Positions 8,576 to 18,550 of a DNA stretch of 45,338 nucleotides are shown here, one piece after another. Source of the DNA: a virus (Duplodnaviria; Caudoviricetes); the IMG/VR virus record IMGVR_UViG_3300032320_000535, positions 1-45,338 of that record. One strand, given 5' to 3'. The position numbers and the translations under genes are program-made. The notes under the pieces were generated by a model. That model was not told where the DNA came from. It searched no databases and was given only the letters and a program-made list of their open reading frames with translations. The stretch's first letter is position 1; each line of letters starts with the position of its first letter.

Positions 8576-10005
8576 GCGCTGTAGACGCCATCCTTGAAGA
8601 CCAAGAGTACCTCGACGAGGAGTTCGTCAAGCTGACACCCATCGCTCAGGCGGTGGTCAATTGGCAGATGAAATGGAACAAGGATGCGCACGACCACCAG
8701 ATCGAGCCCTTGGGCGACTGGTGGAACATCTGGCTCATGCTGGCCGGGCGAGGGGCTGGAAAGACCCGTGCGGCCGCCGAGACGCTGGCGCTGTGGGCAT
8801 GGGAGCAACCCGGCACCCGGTGGCTGGTTAGCGCGCCCACCAGCGGTGACTTGAAGGGCACCTGCTTCGAGGGTGACTCAGGCCTGCTTAAGGTCATCCC
8901 TGATGGCCTGATCGCCAAGTACAACTCCAGCCTGCACGAGATACACCTGATCAACGGGTCATTCATCAAGGGCATCCCGGCGTCAGAGCCTGAGCGGTTC
9001 CGGGGGCCGCAGTTCCATGGCGGCTGGCTGGACGAGTTGGCCGCATGGGAATACCTGCGTGAGTCGTGGGACATGATCCAGTTCGGCATCCGATTGGGAA
9101 CCCGCACCAAGCTGATCTGCTCGACCACACCCAAGCCAAAGGACGTGGTGATGGAGTTGATTGAGCGCGAGGGCGACGACGTGGTGATCACCCGCGCCAG
9201 CACCTACAGCAACATCGCCAACTTGGCCAAGTCCTTCCAGAAGCAGATTCTCCAGTACGAGGGCACCAACCTTGGCCGCCAAGAAATTCACGCTGAGATC
9301 ATCGACCCAGAGGAGGGCGGCATCGTCCACCGGGAGTGGTTCAGGCTCTGGCCAGACGGTAAGCCCTTTCCCCGGCTGGAGTACGTCCTACAGTCCTATG
9401 ACTGCGCCACCAGTAACAAGACCATCAACGACCCGACAGGATCGATCACGCTGGGCGTATTCAAGCCCGAGGACGGCGGCATGTGCGTCATGATCCTCGA
9501 CTGCTGGCAAGACCACCTCCAGTACCCGCAACTGCGCCCCAAGGTGATCGACGAGTTCGAGACCGTGTACGGCGAGGGCAAGACCCGCAAGCTGGTGGAC
9601 GTGATCCTCGTGGAGGACAAGAGCGCAGGCATCAGCCTGATCCAAGACTTACAGCAGGCCCACCTGCCCGTGATCGCCTACAACCCCGGCAGGGCCGACA
9701 AGGTACAGCGCCTGTCCATCGTGGCCAACATCATCAAAGCCGGGCGCGTATGGGTGCCTGAAAGCGGCGTGCGCAAGGGATTCGTCAAGGACTGGGCCGA
9801 GGGCATGGTCAGCCAGATATGTTCATTCCCAGAGGGCACGGTGCATGACGAGTTTGTGGACTGCATCAGTCAGGGACTGCGCTATCTGCGTGACGCTGGG
9901 TGGATCAGCATTGATTACTCACGCCGGGACGAGATCGAGGAAGAGGACATCACCGATGCCGAGATATTCAACAGCCGTGGCCGGGAGAATCCATATGGCT
10001 CATGA
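8572..10005 (+). CDS. terL: terminase large subunit
   Basis: Walker A AGRGAGKT, Walker B WLDE, STTP coupling motif, C-terminal nuclease residues (SYDCA, VEDK, HDEFVD). Confidence 0.95.
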   Translation: MSAVDAILEDQEYLDEEFVKLTPIAQAVVNWQMKWNKDAHDHQIEPLGDWWNIWLMLAGRGAGKTRAAAETLALWAWEQPGTRWLVSAPTSGDLKGTCFEGDSGLLKVIPDGLIAKYNSSLHEIHLINGSFIKGIPASEPERFRGPQFHGGWLDELAAWEYLRESWDMIQFGIRLGTRTKLICSTTPKPKDVVMELIEREGDDVVITRASTYSNIANLAKSFQKQILQYEGTNLGRQEIHAEIIDPEEGGIVHREWFRLWPDGKPFPRLEYVLQSYDCATSNKTINDPTGSITLGVFKPEDGGMCVMILDCWQDHLQYPQLRPKVIDEFETVYGEGKTRKLVDVILVEDKSAGISLIQDLQQAHLPVIAYNPGRADKVQRLSIVANIIKAGRVWVPESGVRKGFVKDWAEGMVSQICSFPEGTVHDEFVDCISQGLRYLRDAGWISIDYSRRDEIEEEDITDAEIFNSRGRENPYGS

Positions 10006-10008
10006 CCC

Positions 10009-10083
10009 TACTAATCTGATTAGTAGGGGTAAACCCGTACTAATTTAATTAGTAGGTAGAAACCCGTACTAATCAGATTAGCA
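10009..10083. repeat. three tandem 17-bp palindromes at a 29-bp period
   Basis: TACTAATCTGATTAGTA (10009), TACTAATTTAATTAGTA (10038), TACTAATCAGATTAGCA (10067); linkers GGGGTAAACCCG and GGTAGAAACCCG. Confidence 0.9.
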
Positions 10084-10100
10084 TCAACTAGGAAACGAGA

Positions 10101-10319
10101 ATGGCACATGACAATTTCATTCACATCAAAGCCGGGCCCGACTACGAAAAGATCGTCCAGCAGGACGGTGTGCGCACTACTGTGTGCGAAAACCGATACG
10201 AAGTCATTGCCAGCCCCACAGCACAGGTGTCAGAGCAACACGCCCTGCAACAGTTCCGCGAGTGGATCAAGATGCGCAACGCCAAGGTCGTGCAAGGAAC
10301 TGGCTGTGTGTCAGGGTGA
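10101..10319 (+). CDS. hypothetical protein
   Basis: 72-aa ORF with AGGA RBS following the palindrome array. Confidence 0.55.
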   Translation: MAHDNFIHIKAGPDYEKIVQQDGVRTTVCENRYEVIASPTAQVSEQHALQQFREWIKMRNAKVVQGTGCVSG

Positions 10320-10391
10320 CGGCCGGTGCCCTGATTGCCCAAACATATGACCCCAAGGCATAATTGATGCAATCACACCATGAGGTAACGC

Positions 10392-13300
10392 ATGCCCATT
10401 CCTGAGCAATACCGCAAGCAACTTGAACAGCAACGGCAGTTGGCCGAAGTGCGTTCGCAGTTGAATAAGCAGTACGACAAGGAAATGTCTTCCCGATACA
10501 CCAAAGACATGCCCACCTTTGCTCAGTGGCTGGCCCAGCGTCAGCAATCCAAGGCCAAGGGCGGCTCTGTAATGGGCATCAACGTGGCCTCAGACCGCAA
10601 GTCAGACCGCAGGTACGCCGACATGATTGTTGACGGCCAAAAGACCCTTGAATCTCGCAACAGCGACACTCTGCGCCCCTATGTGGGCAAGCGCGTGGCA
10701 ATTGTAAGGACGGGCGAGGGCAAGGCTAAAGCAATTGGCGAAGTGACTGTTGGTGAGCCCATGGTGGTCAACAAGCAAAAGTTCCGGGCACTGGAAGACA
10801 AGCACCACGTTCCCGAAGGATCAGCATTTGACATTAACACGCCGACTAAGCACTTGTACCCCATGCATGACCCAATACGATACGATGAAGAACGTGACGT
10901 TGGCCATGGCATCGTGTCACGCAGGGTCATTGAGAGGGCCAAGGGTGGATCAGTGAAAGAGCCTAAAAAAAGCGTCAAGGCCTACAAGCTGTTCCGTGTC
11001 CACCCAGATCATCCCGGCAAACTGTTTCCGCTTTTCGTGGACGCCAACACGCCCGTCGAAATGAACAAGTGGGTGGACGCCAAAGAAGGCGAGATGGCCA
11101 ACGGCAAGGTCAAGTCCAAGATCGGCGCGCTTGCCTACCGTCCCGGCTGGCATGCTGGTGATCTACCCATCGCAACCCATATCGGTGAGAAGTCCGACCC
11201 CAAGCTGACCGCGCCCGACCGCCGTCCTGCCAACCATGCATGGGCTGAGGTAGAGATGCCTGATGACGTGGACTGGCAGGCCGAGGCCACCAAGCGCGGA
11301 ACCAACGCTGAAGGCAAGGTGGTGCCCGTCAAGGCCCACATCACCGACCAGATACCCAAGGGTGGCCACTACCGCTACAAGACCAACCCGAACATGACTG
11401 GCAACTGGCTGATCGGCGGGTCAATGAAGGTCAACAAGGTGCTCACCGATGCCGAGGTGGCGCGCATTAACAAGAGTGCTGGCATGTCTGATCTGCCACG
11501 CGCTGAACCGTTCAAGAAAAAGTCCTTTGGCTTTGCTCAGGGTGGCTGTGTTGCCCCTCATGAGTGGGCGGCCGAAGAGCATGTCAACTACAAATCAAAA
11601 GGTGGCGAAGTGAAATACGACAACCCATTCGACTACGAGAACCCTGACCACGTCGAGAACGTGGCCAACATTGTTGCCAAACACAAAGACTTCAACCAAA
11701 TCACCGACGTGGCCAAACACTTGGCCGACTCATTGTCCAAGGGCAATTGGAAGTTTGTTGAAGACCCACGAGTCCAAAAGGCTATCAAGCAAGCAGGCCA
11801 TGATGGCTACTTCGTTCGAGAGAAGGATGGCAAAGAGTCGCACGTAATGAAGAAAGCAGAAGGCGGCAACGTGCAACCATCACTGGCCCAAATGAAAATG
11901 GCGCTGGCTCAGAAGAGCAGTAGCGTTGACCTCAAGAGAATTGGAGTCAATGAGGCGCCCAACATGACGCCCAAGCACTTCTTCCCACCTGAGACCAGCG
12001 ACATTGGTCTGCCCAGCCCCGGCGGCGTAGCTACACCACGTGGCATGCCCATCGGTGGGATTGACATGAGCAAGATGCAGGGTGGCCAGCAACTGATGCC
12101 TACACCGCCCCAGCCCCAGCAAGGCGCGCCTGATCAACCACCCGGTGCTCCCGGTGGCCTGCCTGCTGGCGGCCCTCCCGGTGCGCCTCCGGGCGCCCCT
12201 GCTGGCCCAACACCGAGCATGGGCAACATGCTGTCCATGACGCCTCAGGGCCAGACCATGAATGCTCTGGGCGGCCAGAAGTTGGCCAAGGGTGGCCAGC
12301 CATCCATGGACGCCATGAAATCCGAGTTGGCCGCCAAGAAGGCGCCAGCAAGCGAAGCACAGGATGACGACGAGGAAGACACGCCAGCGCCAGCAAAACG
12401 CATCACGATCAAGGCCGAGGGCCCCGGTGGCGTGACTGGTATTGTTGTGCCCCACCACATGCTTCATGGCCGCAGTTGGGTCAACAAGAAGGGCAAGACG
12501 GTTGTGGTGCCCGGCATGAAGGACATCAACAAGGCACGTGCTGAGGTGTATGGCGCCGAGAACCGCGATCCACTGAGCCTTGGCCAGATCGGCAAGATTC
12601 ACAAAGACACGCTGACAGAGCACTTTGCCAAATCGCCTAAAGAGCAGTTGGATGCTGAGAAGGAGGCAACCCAGCGCCTGCGCAAAGCCAAGCACTTGGG
12701 CGCCAAGAACAACACGCTGGACGAGTCCGAGAAGCTGGACACCGTTCGCCACGAGACCGATGAGCAAGGCCGCACCCACGTGGGCTTTGCATCAAAGGGT
12801 GTAGCAGGCCACGCGCTGTACACATCGGGCCATGGCGACAACATGAAATACCACGTGATCAACACCTGCCCCGGCCAGACCGAAGGCTGTGGTGGTGGCA
12901 AGGACTCCAAAGGGGTTGTGGATACCAGCAAGGGCACATGCTTCGCGCCCAACGCTGAGTCGCAATATGTGCATGCCGCAGTGCGCCGTGCTACTCACGA
13001 GCAGGCCAAGCACGATCCCAAGATGACACGCGACTGGATTCTTGCCCACACTGGATCAATGCGTGACGCCGCTAAAAAGGCAGACAAGACCAACCAGCGC
13101 TTGCTGTTCCGTCCCAACGTGGTGGACGAGACCGACGTGTCTTCACGCCACGCCATCCGTCACTTGAACAATCAACGCAGGATGGAAGACAAGCCAGACA
13201 TCATTGCCAACTCATACGGCAAGACCAATGAGTTGCATGACCCTGAGAACGGCTACTACGTGACCCACTCAAACGTGGGCCCCAAGGTCAAGAAGGGCCA

Positions 13301-14216
13301 AGAGATTTCTGAGAACGTGGGGCGCGACAAAGCACGTGTGCGCAACACCGTGATGGCCGCCGATAACCGTGGCGATTTCAAGAACGAGCAGGGCAACAAG
13401 ACGCCGCCCAAAGGCTCGTACATGGTGACCGACGTCAAGCGCAACTCACCCATGTCCAAAAAGATGGAAGAGCACATCACTCACGCCAAGTACTGGACGA
13501 CAGGACGCTCTGAGAATGAGTTGTCGGCCGATGAGAAGGATGAAGGCCCAGAAGGCCACTTCAGCGGCTCTGGACGCAAAACAAGCGAAGACAAGGCCCA
13601 CTATGGTCACACGACTGTTGAGGGCAAACGCTTCGATTACCAGAAGCAACACATCCTGCACCCACGCTTGGTGAACGTGCCTATTCGCAAGAAGAACAAA
13701 AAGACTGGTGAGATGGAGACCAAGGATCACATGATCCCGACCGACTCACGCTTCAAAGACACCGAGTTCTTGCCGAAAGACAAGTACAAAACCAAGAACG
13801 GCAAAGACGCTGGCCACATCCTGATGACCACGCCTACCGAGTCAACCAGCAACATTGGCCACGAGACTTCGTTCACGCACAACGTGAATCAAAAGCACAT
13901 TGAGCACGCAATGAAGAACAACGGCGAGTATGAGATTGACAAGCCAGAAGATCAAATCAAAGCGGCAGGCAAAGAGTACCGCGCACCGCAGTCCATCAAG
14001 TTCTATGCAGAGGGCGGTCAAGTTGGTCGTCACCCGGCCATGGGACACGATGACTTCCACGCATTCCCTGAGCAAAATGGCATGGCCCAACGTCACCTGA
14101 CAATGCGCCACGGTGAAGATGAGACTAAAAACGTTGCCCAGAAAAAAGCTGTTGTCGTCCACAAGAATGTTGGGACAATGCGGCACGAGATGAGCATGAA
14201 CAAAAAGGCTAAATGA
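10392..14216 (+). CDS. large multi-domain (polyvalent-type) protein with an ASCH-like domain and a GP88-like Cys domain
   Basis: YADMIVDGQKTLESRN (ASCH GxKxxExR motif); TCPGQTEGC...CFAP...RPNVVDETD (GP88-like, tentative); segments separated by 7 xAxGG-like motifs. Confidence 0.7.
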   Translation: MPIPEQYRKQLEQQRQLAEVRSQLNKQYDKEMSSRYTKDMPTFAQWLAQRQQSKAKGGSVMGINVASDRKSDRRYADMIVDGQKTLESRNSDTLRPYVGKRVAIVRTGEGKAKAIGEVTVGEPMVVNKQKFRALEDKHHVPEGSAFDINTPTKHLYPMHDPIRYDEERDVGHGIVSRRVIERAKGGSVKEPKKSVKAYKLFRVHPDHPGKLFPLFVDANTPVEMNKWVDAKEGEMANGKVKSKIGALAYRPGWHAGDLPIATHIGEKSDPKLTAPDRRPANHAWAEVEMPDDVDWQAEATKRGTNAEGKVVPVKAHITDQIPKGGHYRYKTNPNMTGNWLIGGSMKVNKVLTDAEVARINKSAGMSDLPRAEPFKKKSFGFAQGGCVAPHEWAAEEHVNYKSKGGEVKYDNPFDYENPDHVENVANIVAKHKDFNQITDVAKHLADSLSKGNWKFVEDPRVQKAIKQAGHDGYFVREKDGKESHVMKKAEGGNVQPSLAQMKMALAQKSSSVDLKRIGVNEAPNMTPKHFFPPETSDIGLPSPGGVATPRGMPIGGIDMSKMQGGQQLMPTPPQPQQGAPDQPPGAPGGLPAGGPPGAPPGAPAGPTPSMGNMLSMTPQGQTMNALGGQKLAKGGQPSMDAMKSELAAKKAPASEAQDDDEEDTPAPAKRITIKAEGPGGVTGIVVPHHMLHGRSWVNKKGKTVVVPGMKDINKARAEVYGAENRDPLSLGQIGKIHKDTLTEHFAKSPKEQLDAEKEATQRLRKAKHLGAKNNTLDESEKLDTVRHETDEQGRTHVGFASKGVAGHALYTSGHGDNMKYHVINTCPGQTEGCGGGKDSKGVVDTSKGTCFAPNAESQYVHAAVRRATHEQAKHDPKMTRDWILAHTGSMRDAAKKADKTNQRLLFRPNVVDETDVSSRHAIRHLNNQRRMEDKPDIIANSYGKTNELHDPENGYYVTHSNVGPKVKKGQEISENVGRDKARVRNTVMAADNRGDFKNEQGNKTPPKGSYMVTDVKRNSPMSKKMEEHITHAKYWTTGRSENELSADEKDEGPEGHFSGSGRKTSEDKAHYGHTTVEGKRFDYQKQHILHPRLVNVPIRKKNKKTGEMETKDHMIPTDSRFKDTEFLPKDKYKTKNGKDAGHILMTTPTESTSNIGHETSFTHNVNQKHIEHAMKNNGEYEIDKPEDQIKAAGKEYRAPQSIKFYAEGGQVGRHPAMGHDDFHAFPEQNGMAQRHLTMRHGEDETKNVAQKKAVVVHKNVGTMRHEMSMNKKAK

Positions 14217-16669
14217 TGTCAGAACAAAATCCAGACGAAATCGGAATTGAAGAGCAAGAAGACGGCAGTGCGCTTGTCGATCTGCCTGAGATGGAGATGG
14301 AAGAGCAGGATGATGGATCGGCCATCGTCACGTTGGATGACGGCCCAGAGTTCAACCCTGAGTTCTACGACAACCTTGCAGACACCATAGACCCCAGCGA
14401 ACTAACAACGCTGGCGTTCAGGTACCTTGATCTACTTGAGACCGACAAAGAAGCAAGGTCACTGCGCGACAAGCAGTATGAAGAGGGCATCCGACGCACT
14501 GGCATGGGCAACGATGCTCCCGGCGGCGCCACCTTTATGGGCGCATCCAAGGTGGTTCACCCTGTCATGGCTGAGGGCTGTGTGGACTTTGCCAGCCGGG
14601 CCATCAAAGAGATGTTCCCGCCAGACGGCCCTGTCAAGACAAAGATTCTTGGCAAGATCGACGACCTCAAAACGTCCAAGTCAGAGCGCAAGCGCGACTA
14701 CCTGAATTGGCAGATCACCGACCAGATCGAAGAGTTCAAAGACGAGCAAGAGCAGTTGCTCACGCAGTTACCACTGGGCGGCTCACAGTACTTCAAGCTG
14801 TGGTTTGACGAGCAGAAGAAGCGCCCCTGCGTGGAGTTCTTGCCAATCGACCGGGTGATCCTGCCGTTTGCCGCAACCAACTTCTACACAGCCCAGCGCG
14901 CCGCTGAAGTCCACGAGATTACGCAGTACGAGTTTGAGCGACGCATCCGCACTGGCATGTACCGCGACATCAGCTACGTCAAAGCTTCTGGCACTCTGGA
15001 TCAAAACAAAGTTGAGCAGGCCAACAACAAGGTTGAGGGCAAGCAGTTTGAGGACAACAAGGATGGCCTGCGCAAGGTCTATCACATCTACTGCTACTTG
15101 GAGTTAGAAGACGACAAGAAGACCAAAGGCGACTACGCACCCTACATCATGATGGTCGATGAACTCGACAACCAAGTGGTGGGCCTGTACCGCAACTGGG
15201 AAGAGCAGGACGAAACCCGCACCAAGCTGGACTGGGTCGTCGAGTTCAAGTTCATCCCATGGCGCGGCGCTTATGCCATCGGGCTACCTCACCTCATTGG
15301 TGGCCTCAGCGCGGCCTTGACGGGTGCATTGCGCGCCTTGCTGGATACTGCGCACATCAACAACTCAGCCACCATGCTGAAGCTGAAGGGCGCCAAGATC
15401 AGTGGCCAGTCACAGCAGGTCGATGTCACCCAGATCATTGAGATCGAAGGCGCGCCCGGCGTACAGGACATTCGCCAGATTGCGATGCCTATGCCGTTCA
15501 ACCCACCCAGCCCCGTGCTGTTTGAGTTGCTGGGCTGGCTGGATACGGCCGCCAAGGGCGTGGTTACATCCTCTGAAGAGAAGATTGCCGACATCAACAG
15601 CAACGCGCCCGTGGGCACAACACAGGCTTTGATTGAGCAGGGCGCGGCGGTGTTCTCATCGATCCACGCACGCATGCACGACTCACAGGCCCGTGTGCTG
15701 AAGATTCTGTGCCGCCTAAACCGCTGGCACTTTGACGAGATGAAGAAGGGCGACGTCGTTGCTGAGTTGGAAATTAGCCGCGAAGACTTTGACAAGAACA
15801 CCGACGTGGTGCCCGTGTCTGATCCTCACATCTTCAGTGAGACTCAGCGGATGGCTCAGAACCAAGCCGTTCTGGCATTAGCTGAGAAGCACCCTGATCA
15901 GTTCAACATGAGCGCAGTATTGAGCCGCATGCTCAAGCAAATGAAGGTGCCAAACATCAATGAATTGATGAAAGACGTGCCAGCCCCAGAACAGCGTACA
16001 TCGGCCGACGAGAATGCCGCACTGCTCATTGGCCAACCAGCCTATGCGTATCTGCAACAGGATCACATTGCGCACATTCAGGATCACCTGCAATTTGCAC
16101 TCAATCCTTTCTTGGGCCAGTCGCCATTTGCAGACCCGGACTACCTCAACAACCTGATTGAGCACCTGAAGCAACACATGACCTTGTGGTACCTCAACCG
16201 CTCCAACGGCTACGTGGAGGACTCTGTGGGCAAGCCTGTGGACGACTACGACGATCCAGCACTCACGGCCACCATCGACAAGGTGTACACCACCGTGGGC
16301 GCGCACGTCATGCTCGATACCCAGCAAGTGTTTGGCCAGTTCCAGCAGGCACTTGGCCAACTCGTGCAGATGGCACAGCAACGCAAGAATGCACCGCAAG
16401 TGTTGCCGCCTGACGCGCAGGTGGTCAAAGACACCAACATGGCCGAAACACAGCGCAAGACTGTCAAGGATCAAGCCGACATTCAGTTGGCCAAAGATCG
16501 TTTGCAGAAGGACGCACAAGAACACCTTGATGACAATCAAACCAAGATTGCAATCGAGAATGCAAAATTGACGCATCAGACCATCCAACAGATGGCTCCT
16601 GCTCAACTACCTGCGGCACCTGCCGCGCCCTCAATGCCACCTCAAGGAGAACCAAATGGCAACATCTGA
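14216..16669 (+). CDS. portal protein
   Basis: About 817 aa, located between terminase and capsid genes; VHPVMAE, FKLWFD, GAYAIGL, TTQALIEQG and a Gln-rich helical tail resemble podoviral portals. Confidence 0.85.
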   Translation: MSEQNPDEIGIEEQEDGSALVDLPEMEMEEQDDGSAIVTLDDGPEFNPEFYDNLADTIDPSELTTLAFRYLDLLETDKEARSLRDKQYEEGIRRTGMGNDAPGGATFMGASKVVHPVMAEGCVDFASRAIKEMFPPDGPVKTKILGKIDDLKTSKSERKRDYLNWQITDQIEEFKDEQEQLLTQLPLGGSQYFKLWFDEQKKRPCVEFLPIDRVILPFAATNFYTAQRAAEVHEITQYEFERRIRTGMYRDISYVKASGTLDQNKVEQANNKVEGKQFEDNKDGLRKVYHIYCYLELEDDKKTKGDYAPYIMMVDELDNQVVGLYRNWEEQDETRTKLDWVVEFKFIPWRGAYAIGLPHLIGGLSAALTGALRALLDTAHINNSATMLKLKGAKISGQSQQVDVTQIIEIEGAPGVQDIRQIAMPMPFNPPSPVLFELLGWLDTAAKGVVTSSEEKIADINSNAPVGTTQALIEQGAAVFSSIHARMHDSQARVLKILCRLNRWHFDEMKKGDVVAELEISREDFDKNTDVVPVSDPHIFSETQRMAQNQAVLALAEKHPDQFNMSAVLSRMLKQMKVPNINELMKDVPAPEQRTSADENAALLIGQPAYAYLQQDHIAHIQDHLQFALNPFLGQSPFADPDYLNNLIEHLKQHMTLWYLNRSNGYVEDSVGKPVDDYDDPALTATIDKVYTTVGAHVMLDTQQVFGQFQQALGQLVQMAQQRKNAPQVLPPDAQVVKDTNMAETQRKTVKDQADIQLAKDRLQKDAQEHLDDNQTKIAIENAKLTHQTIQQMAPAQLPAAPAAPSMPPQGEPNGNI

Positions 16670-16841
16670 TCAAGAACAAAAAGGCCCAATGGTGCGTTAC
16701 CACGCCCGTATGGCACAAGGCGTCAAGCTGGACGGCCAGAGCCTAGAGCCCAAGGGTGGAAGCCAGCAAGGCAAGGGTGGCACCAGCCAGTCTTCCAAGC
16801 GCACTGGCGGCCTCTCTGGCGCCAAGAAATCTAATGCTTGA
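16656..16841 (+). CDS. small basic Gly-rich hypothetical protein
   Basis: AAGGAG RBS. Confidence 0.6.
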   Translation: MATSDQEQKGPMVRYHARMAQGVKLDGQSLEPKGGSQQGKGGTSQSSKRTGGLSGAKKSNA

Positions 16842-17013
16842 AGCATTAATTCACCGGATAAAAATACGCCAAGCCGAGTTGCATGTGGCCCTTGCTCAAG
16901 GGATTCCAGCAACTTGGGACGGCTACCAGCGCATGGTTGGAGAGTATCAAGGACTGCAACTTACCTTGGACATGATTGACAACATGCTGGAAGAAGAGAA
17001 GAACCAAGATTGA
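16834..17013 (+). CDS. small helical hypothetical protein
   Basis: MLEALIHRIK...YQRMVGEYQGL; start re-called to ATG 16834. Confidence 0.7.
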   Translation: MLEALIHRIKIRQAELHVALAQGIPATWDGYQRMVGEYQGLQLTLDMIDNMLEEEKNQD

Positions 17014-17090
17014 TAGCCCCACTCCGGGGTGAGACCGCGCTGACTAAGCGCATAACGATGCACCTGAGATATGGTGTTTAGGAGTTGATG

Positions 17091-17546
17091 ATGAGTGAAG
17101 TGAAAAAGATCGTGGCTTTTGAGTCTACGAACGACACGCCTGACCCGCAAGAGTTGGCGTGGGCTTTCCCAGATGTAAATCCGGGGATGGCACCGCTTGG
17201 CGGGCGAGTAATCGTTCAACTGCGGCGCATTAAAAAGAAAACAGGACGCATCGTTCTGGTCGAAGAGACCAAGGAGAACGAGAAGTGGAACAACATGATC
17301 GGCAAGGTCGTGGCTGTTGGCCCACTGGCGTACAAGAATCGTGACACCATGACTGCATGGCCTGAGGGCGCGTGGGCTGAGGTGGGCGATTTCGTTCGAG
17401 TCCCCAAGTGGGGCGGTGATCGCTGGGAGATTAAAGACCCAAGCGATGAAGAGAACGAAGACCCGGTGCTGTTCATGACGCTGAACGATCACGAGTTGAT
17501 CGCCAAAGTCACGAGCAACCCACTTTCTTTCAAAGCCTACGTCTAA
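17091..17546 (+). CDS. groES: GroES-like co-chaperonin
   Basis: PLGGRVIV, GRIVL mobile loop, GKVVAVGP, VGDFV..PKWGG, LNDHELIA. Confidence 0.85.
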   Translation: MSEVKKIVAFESTNDTPDPQELAWAFPDVNPGMAPLGGRVIVQLRRIKKKTGRIVLVEETKENEKWNNMIGKVVAVGPLAYKNRDTMTAWPEGAWAEVGDFVRVPKWGGDRWEIKDPSDEENEDPVLFMTLNDHELIAKVTSNPLSFKAYV

Positions 17547-17558
17547 CAGGAGGAATCA

Positions 17559-18533
17559 ATGGCTGATCCAAAAGAAAAGCAGGACGACCTTGCAGTAGTT
17601 GAGGAGCAAGATGGCTCCGCTGTGGTCGATTTACCTGAAAACATGCTTCAAGACGAAGTTCTTGAGGGAAAAGCGGAGGGTGGCAACGTTCGCGACGACG
17701 ATGCAGACCATCCAGATGACGATGATGAACTGCGTGCGGCAAAACGTGGCCGCCGCCGGGCCAAAAAAGACCTGATTCGCAAGACAAATCAGGAAAAAGA
17801 CGTCCGACTCACTCAACTCCAGCGTGAAAACGAGGAATTCAAGCGTCGTTTGGGCCAATTGGAGCGAAACACCAAGTCAGAGCACTTGGTTCGCATCGAC
17901 AAGGGCATTGAAGACGCTCAAACTCGCCTTGAGTACGCCAAAATGAAGCTGTCTGAGGCCACTCAGAACGGCGATGGCGAGGCGATGGTCGAGGCACAGA
18001 CCCTGTGGCAGGCCGCGCAAGAAGAAGCGCGCAATTTGCAGAGTTTGCGCCAGCAGGCCAACCAAGAGTTACAAAGTCCCAAGCAGGACAACGCTGATCT
18101 GCCTGATCCGCAGGTTCAGAAGCTGGCCGCGCAGTGGATGCGCCGCAATAAATGGTACAACCCGGCGGCTACAGACCCTGACAGCCGTATTGCCAAAAAG
18201 ATTGATGAGGTGATGTCAACTCAAGGCTGGAACCCGACCGATCCCGACTATTGGGACGAGTTAGACAGCCGCTTGCAAAGAGAGTTACCTCACCGCTACA
18301 ATGAAACCAATGACAACGAATCCCGTGATGTCAGACGACCAAGGAATGTTGTGGGAAGTGCAGGACGCGAGGCTTCGGCCGCTTATGGTGGTTCTAACCG
18401 CACCCAATTTGTTTTGTCCCCTGACCGAGTCAAGGCGATGAAAGAAGTAGGTGCTTGGGACAATCCTGAGCGCAAAGCACGAATGGTCAAGCAGTTCATT
18501 GAATTCGATCGTGTAAACGGTCGCCGCAACTAA
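17559..18533 (+). CDS. probable capsid scaffolding protein
   Basis: Acidic N-terminus and long coiled coil; lies upstream of the capsid genes. Confidence 0.6.
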   Translation: MADPKEKQDDLAVVEEQDGSAVVDLPENMLQDEVLEGKAEGGNVRDDDADHPDDDDELRAAKRGRRRAKKDLIRKTNQEKDVRLTQLQRENEEFKRRLGQLERNTKSEHLVRIDKGIEDAQTRLEYAKMKLSEATQNGDGEAMVEAQTLWQAAQEEARNLQSLRQQANQELQSPKQDNADLPDPQVQKLAAQWMRRNKWYNPAATDPDSRIAKKIDEVMSTQGWNPTDPDYWDELDSRLQRELPHRYNETNDNESRDVRRPRNVVGSAGREASAAYGGSNRTQFVLSPDRVKAMKEVGAWDNPERKARMVKQFIEFDRVNGRRN

Positions 18534-18550
18534 TCTAAGGGGAAAACATC

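Noticed and set aside
10009-10083. Mini CRISPR array
   Set aside because: The linkers are only 12 bp and resemble each other, the repeats are 17 bp, and there are no cas genes; it fits an operator or iteron array better.
10335-10364. Promoter TTGCCC-18-CATAAT before the 1274-aa gene
   Set aside because: Plausible, but a single weak match without independent support.
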